NCBI GenBank assembly: GCA_032123335.1 | Contig: JAQBFN010000015.1 | Span: 1-11,282, forward strand | Length of the DNA stretch: 11,282 nucleotides | Source of the DNA: Candidatus Micrarchaeota archaeon | GTDB taxonomy: Archaea > Micrarchaeota > Micrarchaeia > Anstonellales > Bilamarchaeaceae | Direction of reading: 5' to 3' | Shown here: in pieces, positions 6,917-11,282 of the stretch | How the letters are laid out: each line of letters starts with the position of its first letter | How positions within the stretch are numbered: the stretch's first letter is position 1 | Made by a program: the position numbers and the translations under genes | The notes under the pieces: model-generated | Databases searched by the model: none | What the model was told of the DNA's origin: nothing | What the model saw: the letters and a program-made list of their open reading frames with translations, nothing else

Positions 6917-6989
6917 GCCTCCGTAGCTCAGCAGTAGTAGCGACCGCTTCGTAAGCGGTAGGTCGAGGGTGCGAATCCCTCCGGGGGCT
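6917..6989 (+). tRNA. tRNA-Thr (anticodon CGT), atypical D- and T-loops
   Basis: Acceptor GCCTCCG/CGGGGGC plus U73; anticodon arm ACCGC-TTCGTAA-GCGGT (CGT at 6950-6952); T-arm GAGGG-TGCGAAT-CCCTC. Followed by the T-rich trailer TTCATACTTTTT. Confidence 0.92.
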
Positions 6990-7028
6990 TTCATACTTTT
7001 TAGATACGCATGCAAAACAGGAGTAAAT

Positions 7029-7481
7029 ATGGATAGCTCAAAAAGGCCCAAAGCGGTGAAAATAAGGAAAAACATGCTCAGCGAGCAGGAGCACAGGGCA
7101 TTGGCAGTTTGGGCCGCTGGCTGCGCAGAGCACGTGCTTCCCTATTTTGAGAAAGAATACCCAAGAGATGGCCGCCCAAGGAAAGCAATTGAAGCGTGCA
7201 GGAAGTGGGCGCGCACTGGAATATTCAGAATGGCTGATGTGCGCAGGGATTCTCTTGCTGCCCATGCGGCTGCCCGGGAAGCTAAGGGTGATGCAGCCCG
7301 CTTTGCGGCCCGTGCCGCTGGCCAGGCAATGGCAACTGCGCATTCACCTGGCCATGCTGTTGCTGCTGCGTGGTATGCTGCAAAGAGCGCGGATGCTGCA
7401 GGGGCTGCAAATGAGCACAAGTGGCAGGATAAGCGGCTTCCAAAAAAGCTTCGCTCGGTTTTATACCCAAATAAGGAGTAG
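7029..7481 (+). CDS. Imm5-like putative immunity protein
   Basis: HRALAVWAAGCAEHVLPYFE...DGRPRKAIEA...W...SLAAHAAARE...AARAAGQAMATAH...HA is the signature of the Imm5-like 'putative immunity protein' family. SD AGGAG at 7019-7023 precedes the ATG at 7029; the ORF-track start at 6969 lies inside tRNA-Thr. Confidence 0.8.
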   Translation: MDSSKRPKAVKIRKNMLSEQEHRALAVWAAGCAEHVLPYFEKEYPRDGRPRKAIEACRKWARTGIFRMADVRRDSLAAHAAAREAKGDAARFAARAAGQAMATAHSPGHAVAAAWYAAKSADAAGAANEHKWQDKRLPKKLRSVLYPNKE

Positions 7482-7482
7482 G

Positions 7483-7980
7483 CTATTTCTCCATGTTCAC
7501 AAAGAACCTGCGGATGGAGTCCTGGGTATTTCCAGCATACTTTACGTAGAGCATGAGCTTGGAGAATAATTTCTTGGGAAGAACGTGGATAAGGTCTTCA
7601 GCGCGCATGTTCGGGTTCGCATCCAGCATATCGAGAATCTCGTTCAGTTTCTTGCTGGATGAACGCTTGATTTTCTTTTCAACTTTCCTGAGGGTTTTGA
7701 GCTTTTCCAGCTCGTCCCAGAGGCTGGTGACCCTCCCGAGCATAATCAGTTCATAGAGCTGGAAGCGCTGGTCCTGGGGAAGGCGGTCAAAATCCTCCTG
7801 CTCCCCATTGAAGCCCCTTCGGATAATCGGGATGTAGGTAAAAACAGTCTGCTCCTTGTGCTTTGGGTGGAGCTCCTCGTAATGCTCATGGTGGAAAGGA
7901 GGCACAGCTTCTGTCTCGGATGGAAACTGGGCGATGGTTTGCTTTGTTTCCTGTTCTTCACGAGTTTTTTGCTGGAGCAT
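7483..7980 (-). CDS. Hypothetical protein (165 aa)
   Basis: Open frame filling the gap between neighbouring genes. SD-like GGTGG 7 nt before the ATG at 7980 (MLQQK...). No family recognised. Confidence 0.7.
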   Translation of the reverse strand: MLQQKTREEQETKQTIAQFPSETEAVPPFHHEHYEELHPKHKEQTVFTYIPIIRRGFNGEQEDFDRLPQDQRFQLYELIMLGRVTSLWDELEKLKTLRKVEKKIKRSSSKKLNEILDMLDANPNMRAEDLIHVLPKKLFSKLMLYVKYAGNTQDSIRRFFVNMEK

Positions 7981-8024
7981 TCTGAAACCACCGAGATTTA
8001 GAATAAGTTTAGAACACAAACTTT

Positions 8025-9095
8025 TTATTTATTCATGAGTGCACGGAAGGGGTGGAGGAGGAGGTTTGGCCCGAGCATCCTCATCGGGCGGTCCATGTTG
8101 CCGTCCCTCTGGAGGAACTCCTCTATCCTGAAGGCTGAGGCGAGGGAGCCCAAAGCGCGGAGGGAATCATCACCCATTTTTCCCAGGGTTGTGTGGAGGC
8201 GGTAATGTGCATCCAGGTCCTTTCCGTGGATTTCCCTGCATTTTCTTTCGTATTCCTGAGGGTTTTCTAGATGCTTGCCTGCAAGGCGGGCGCACTGGGT
8301 TCCGAAAACCACCCCGCCTCCAGTAGTGGATTTTACGTGGCCCGCTGCATCGCCTACAAGGAGTACGTTTCGCGAACTTGAGGAAAGAGTGGTTTTTTCC
8401 CTTCGTGCAACAGGTATTATTGAATGGACTCGTTCTGATGGGAATTCGATTCCAATATGTTTTGAGAGTTGGTTGAGGGAATGATTTGGATTCCCTGGGA
8501 GCACACAGCCTGCACCCACTTCCGCATATTCCTCATTCCGGGGAATAAGCCATGCAAAAAACCCTGGGAATTTTTCGTTGGAAAGGAAAACACGCACATA
8601 GTCGGGCATTGCGCCATCGTATTTTACCGTGGCCTGGGAAACACCCACAAAGCGGGGAATGTACGGGAAATTGAAATGGGAGGCAACTAGGGAATTGGGG
8701 CCGTCAGCTCCGATTATGTGGCCTTCTGGAAAAGGAGGGGATGCCCTTTTTCCGTAGTGGAGTTTTGCGCCTTCGGATTCTGCTTTCTGCGCAAGCGCGG
8801 AATCAAATGAGGCACGGTCAAGCACATATGCGATGTCCCTTCCGGAGTCAACAAGGAGCCTGGTGCCTGCACAGTCAATGATTGCGCCGCGCATCTTATT
8901 TTTTACATGCTTTTTGTAATCAACAAAATCATTCAGGGATTCCAGGCCTTCTTTGGAAATGAGGCCTGAGCAGTTTACAGGGGTCCCTGCACGCTCGTGC
9001 TCTTCATAAACTGAAACATTATGGCTATGCATTAATGCAGAAAGGGCTGCGACAGAGCCTGCGGGGCCGGCGCCTATCACATTTACAGAAGCCAT
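8025..9095 (-). CDS. Geranylgeranyl reductase-family FAD-dependent oxidoreductase
   Basis: VIGAGPAGS Rossmann motif, NCSG, LDRASFD, IIGADG, PGFFAWLIP, and LLVGDAAGHVKSTTGGG. Confidence 0.88.
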   Translation of the reverse strand: MASVNVIGAGPAGSVAALSALMHSHNVSVYEEHERAGTPVNCSGLISKEGLESLNDFVDYKKHVKNKMRGAIIDCAGTRLLVDSGRDIAYVLDRASFDSALAQKAESEGAKLHYGKRASPPFPEGHIIGADGPNSLVASHFNFPYIPRFVGVSQATVKYDGAMPDYVRVFLSNEKFPGFFAWLIPRNEEYAEVGAGCVLPGNPNHSLNQLSKHIGIEFPSERVHSIIPVARREKTTLSSSSRNVLLVGDAAGHVKSTTGGGVVFGTQCARLAGKHLENPQEYERKCREIHGKDLDAHYRLHTTLGKMGDDSLRALGSLASAFRIEEFLQRDGNMDRPMRMLGPNLLLHPFRALMNK

Positions 9096-9141
9096 GCTGG
9101 CTGATTAGCAGATAAAAGATAAAAGGGGATTAGGAACTGGA

Positions 9142-10410
9142 TTACTCATCCAGGGGGATAAGGACGTCTCCGCTTTCAGGCTTTTCTGTTTCCTCTCCCA
9201 TCAGCTCTGTGGGCTCCGGGTTTGCGGGATGCCCATCTGCGGCTGTAGATTCTACAGCTGCCACTTCAGGGTCTGCGGCTGCAGGTTTTCCCATCTCCCC
9301 CATTTCCTCGGTTTTGGGAAGGGGTTCCTCGTCTGGGGAAGTTCCCGTCTCCTCTGTAACAGGAGTAGGTGCCAGCTCAGCAGGCATTGTCATTGTGGGG
9401 GTAACCGGAGCCTCTTTATTTTTCCGGGTTATCCCATTCCACATCCAGGATGCTGCGGCCATGATTCCTCCAGCAACTGCGCTCATTGCATTGGAGATGC
9501 CCCAGGATGCATCTCTTACAGCTGCTCCAAGAAGTGAGCTTATTTTGGAAGGCTCTTTGGGCGCTGTTTCCTTTTCCTCATTATGCTTAATTTCATCAGA
9601 AAGGAAAAAGGATGCGACCAGGGACAATACGGTTCCTCCTCCGAGGATTGCTCCTGTGGTGCTGAGGCTGGTGGTTTCACTAAGGGTTTTTGCGCCATTC
9701 TGCAGGTTGGTTACAAGATCGTTGAAAACCTCAGGCGTGGAGAAGAATGCGCCTGCATAAAAAAGCCTTCTTGCCCTCTTTTTCCAGGTTGGGCGCTTGA
9801 GTATGCTTAGGCCAAGTGCGGCAGTTGCCCCATAGATAAACATGGTCGAATTGTCATACACGAAACCGGCCGCGCCTGAGGCAATGTCTCCCACGACCTT
9901 GAACGGGCCCGTAAGTATATGTACGAAGTTCCTGTTTTCAGGGTTGGTGTACATCTGTGCTCCTGTGGTGAATGCTGAAACGGCTGTCAAAGATCCAATC
10001 ACCCATTTGTTGAGGAGCTTCGCGAGGAGGTACCTTACAGGCTCGTCAGAAAATCCAGACGCCTCATTATCTATTCTGCCCTTGAATTTGGATCCTAGGG
10101 TTTCTTCATCTTTCTTGTCAAATTGAGGAAGGGATTCAATCTCTTTCTCGAGGGCCCTCCTGGCTCCCTCTGTTGCCTCTGCGCCTTCTTCCAGGGCCAT
10201 CTTGGCCTCCATTGTAGCCCGGGCGTCTTCGATAAGAATTTCGTTCATGGCTTCGACTGCAAGTGCGCGCTCCTGAGGCTTAAATCTGGCGAATTCAGCT
10301 TTTTTCTGTTCCTTCAGAAGTTTGCGCGCAACTGCGGGGCTGATAGGAGTGACTTTTCCTCCGTTGCCTTCGGTTCCTGGACCCTTTTTATCCTTATCCT
10401 TAATTGTCAT
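9142..10410 (-). CDS. Hypothetical membrane protein with charged helical N-terminus and acidic Pro/Glu/Thr-rich C-terminal tail
   Basis: 422-aa ORF with several Gly/Ala-rich hydrophobic segments in the middle. AGGT SD-like motif and a TATA box (10441-10450, minus strand) upstream. Confidence 0.75.
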   Translation of the reverse strand: MTIKDKDKKGPGTEGNGGKVTPISPAVARKLLKEQKKAEFARFKPQERALAVEAMNEILIEDARATMEAKMALEEGAEATEGARRALEKEIESLPQFDKKDEETLGSKFKGRIDNEASGFSDEPVRYLLAKLLNKWVIGSLTAVSAFTTGAQMYTNPENRNFVHILTGPFKVVGDIASGAAGFVYDNSTMFIYGATAALGLSILKRPTWKKRARRLFYAGAFFSTPEVFNDLVTNLQNGAKTLSETTSLSTTGAILGGGTVLSLVASFFLSDEIKHNEEKETAPKEPSKISSLLGAAVRDASWGISNAMSAVAGGIMAAASWMWNGITRKNKEAPVTPTMTMPAELAPTPVTEETGTSPDEEPLPKTEEMGEMGKPAAADPEVAAVESTAADGHPANPEPTELMGEETEKPESGDVLIPLDE

Positions 10411-10439
10411 TAGTATACCTAGATAAATTGTGATAGTAT

Positions 10440-10481
10440 ATGTTTAAAAAGGTATTTATGTGGGAGTGAATTTTTAAACAT
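10440..10481. promoter_or_regulatory. Back-to-back TATA boxes forming an 11-bp inverted repeat
   Basis: ATGTTTAAAAA (10440-10450) and TTTTTAAACAT (10471-10481), each 30-40 nt from the divergent gene start (ORF at 10410, tRNA at 10511). Confidence 0.65.
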
Positions 10482-10510
10482 TTTGAATGTAAAGAGAGGT
10501 TACGTGTTTT

Positions 10511-10582
10511 GCGGCCGTAGTCTAGTGGTTATGATTCGAGATTGCCAATTTCGAGGCCCGGGTTCAATTCCCGGCGGCCGCA
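10511..10582 (+). tRNA. tRNA-Gly (anticodon GCC)
   Basis: Acceptor GCGGCCG/CGGCCGC plus A73; anticodon arm CGAGA-TTGCCAA-TTTCG (GCC at 10544-10546); T-arm CCGGG-TTCAATT-CCCGG. Confidence 0.96.
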
Positions 10583-10637
10583 TTTTCCCGGTTAGGGGAA
10601 ATGAGGCGTATTTGCCGCAAGGCAAATCTGAGCCGCA
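10581..10637 (+). repeat. Tandem hairpins 3' of tRNA-Gly(GCC), ending in a copy of the tRNA 3' end
   Basis: CATTTTCCC-GGTTA-GGGGAAATG, then GGC-gt-ATTTGCC-GCAA-GGCAAAT-ctga-GCC. GCCGCA occurs at 10577-10582 and 10632-10637. Confidence 0.7.
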
Positions 10638-10688
10638 CTGACAGCACAGTTTTTATAAGTAGTTTGAGATTAGGAATGTGGTGAGGTC

Positions 10689-11009
10689 ATGATTGAAGAC
10701 AACAGAAAATTCAAAAGCGAGGAAGAACTCCTGAGCTATGTTGAGGAAAGGGTAAAGCAGTTCAACAACCTGCTGGATGACCTTGAGCGCAGCCAGAATA
10801 CTGAAACCGAGGAAAATTTCGAGAAGCACTGGAAAGGGATTTACAACAATATAGTCAGGCTCCAGAACCTCATCAAGCAGAACTATGTAATGTTTGCAGG
10901 AAGCAGCACAGCAGTGGAAAATTGGGAGGATCTCCCCATGTACAGCCCAACAGTAACCCTGCTTGAAAGGCTCACGGAAATCAAGGATACGAACACCTTT
11001 GGGGTTTAG
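10689..11009 (+). CDS. Hypothetical acidic alpha-helical protein (106 aa)
   Basis: Strong SD GGTGAGG at 10680-10686 and TATA-like TTTTTATAA at 10650-10658; amphipathic helical pattern. Confidence 0.78.
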   Translation: MIEDNRKFKSEEELLSYVEERVKQFNNLLDDLERSQNTETEENFEKHWKGIYNNIVRLQNLIKQNYVMFAGSSTAVENWEDLPMYSPTVTLLERLTEIKDTNTFGV

Positions 11010-11026
11010 CTTTTAAACAAAACCCC
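11001..11026 (+). terminator. Hairpin over the stop codon followed by T-rich sequence
   Basis: GGGGTTT (11001-11007) pairs with AAACCCC (11020-11026), followed by TCTATTTATTCTT. Confidence 0.35.
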
Positions 11027-11163
11027 CTCTATTTATTCTTCGCTTTTCTGGTTTTTGGGAAAGTGAAATTCTGCACTGCTGCAGAAAACAAAAAGACTAG
11101 CCTAATGCGGGCATGTTTTTATGAAATTTTTTCAGCAGCATAAAACAGCAGAAAAAAATTTCA

Positions 11164-11247
11164 GCAGGGGTTGCCGAGTGGTCAAAGGTGCCAGGTTCAG
11201 GGCCTGGTCGGTTAGTCCGTTCGAGGGTTCGAATCCCTTCCCCTGCA
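11164..11247 (+). tRNA. tRNA-Leu (anticodon CAG)
   Basis: Acceptor GCAGGGG/CCCCTGC plus A73; anticodon arm CCAGG-TTCAGGG-CCTGG (CAG at 11198-11200); long variable arm; T-arm GAGGG-TTCGAAT-CCCTT. Confidence 0.96.
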
Positions 11248-11278
11248 AATTTTGTTTTCAAAATTTGAAGGGCTGCAA
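11246..11278 (+). repeat. Perfect 9-bp hairpin 3' of tRNA-Leu, followed by a copy of the tRNA 3' end
   Basis: CAAATTTTG-TTTT-CAAAATTTG (11246-11267). CTGCAA occurs at 11243-11248 and 11273-11278. Confidence 0.7.
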
Positions 11279-11282
11279 CCGC

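Noticed and set aside
5737..7075. Short ORFs 5737..5919, 6772..6954 and 6839..7075, and the 6969 start of the Imm5-like ORF
   Set aside because: They overlap tRNA genes and are translations of structural RNA.
7868..7894. His-rich patch HHEHYEELH in the 7483..7980 protein as a metal-binding or protease motif
   Set aside because: It does not fit HExxH spacing in a recognisable fold context; too little evidence to assign a function.
1..11282. CRISPR array, integrase/transposase, or long att duplication
   Set aside because: No regularly spaced repeats and no recombinase motifs. The tRNA-end duplications seen are only 6-9 nt, too short to call attL/attR.

Overview
Archaeal chromosomal segment. 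The evidence is archaeal-type TpiA, translin and SecDF, TATA-box promoters and CCA-less tRNA genes; a DPANN/Micrarchaeota-like host is my inference, not proven. Left half: partial tpiA (minus strand, missed by the ORF track) divergent from translin, a ComEC-like MBL-fold lipoprotein and a GT4 glycosyltransferase, converging on secF-secD. Right half: five intron-less plus-strand tRNA genes (Gly-TCC, Ser-CGA, Thr-CGT, Gly-GCC, Leu-CAG) interspersed with an AT-rich free-standing double-motif LAGLIDADG endonuclease, an Imm5-like orphan immunity gene, a geranylgeranyl reductase-family gene and three hypothetical genes. Three observations stand out. (1) The LAGLIDADG ORF has no stop codon outside the tRNA: it runs 23 nt into tRNA-Ser and ends in the D-loop. 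(2) Four tRNAs have palindromic trailers, two of them followed by a 6-nt copy of the tRNA 3' end. (3) tRNA-Thr deviates from consensus in both its D-loop and T-loop.
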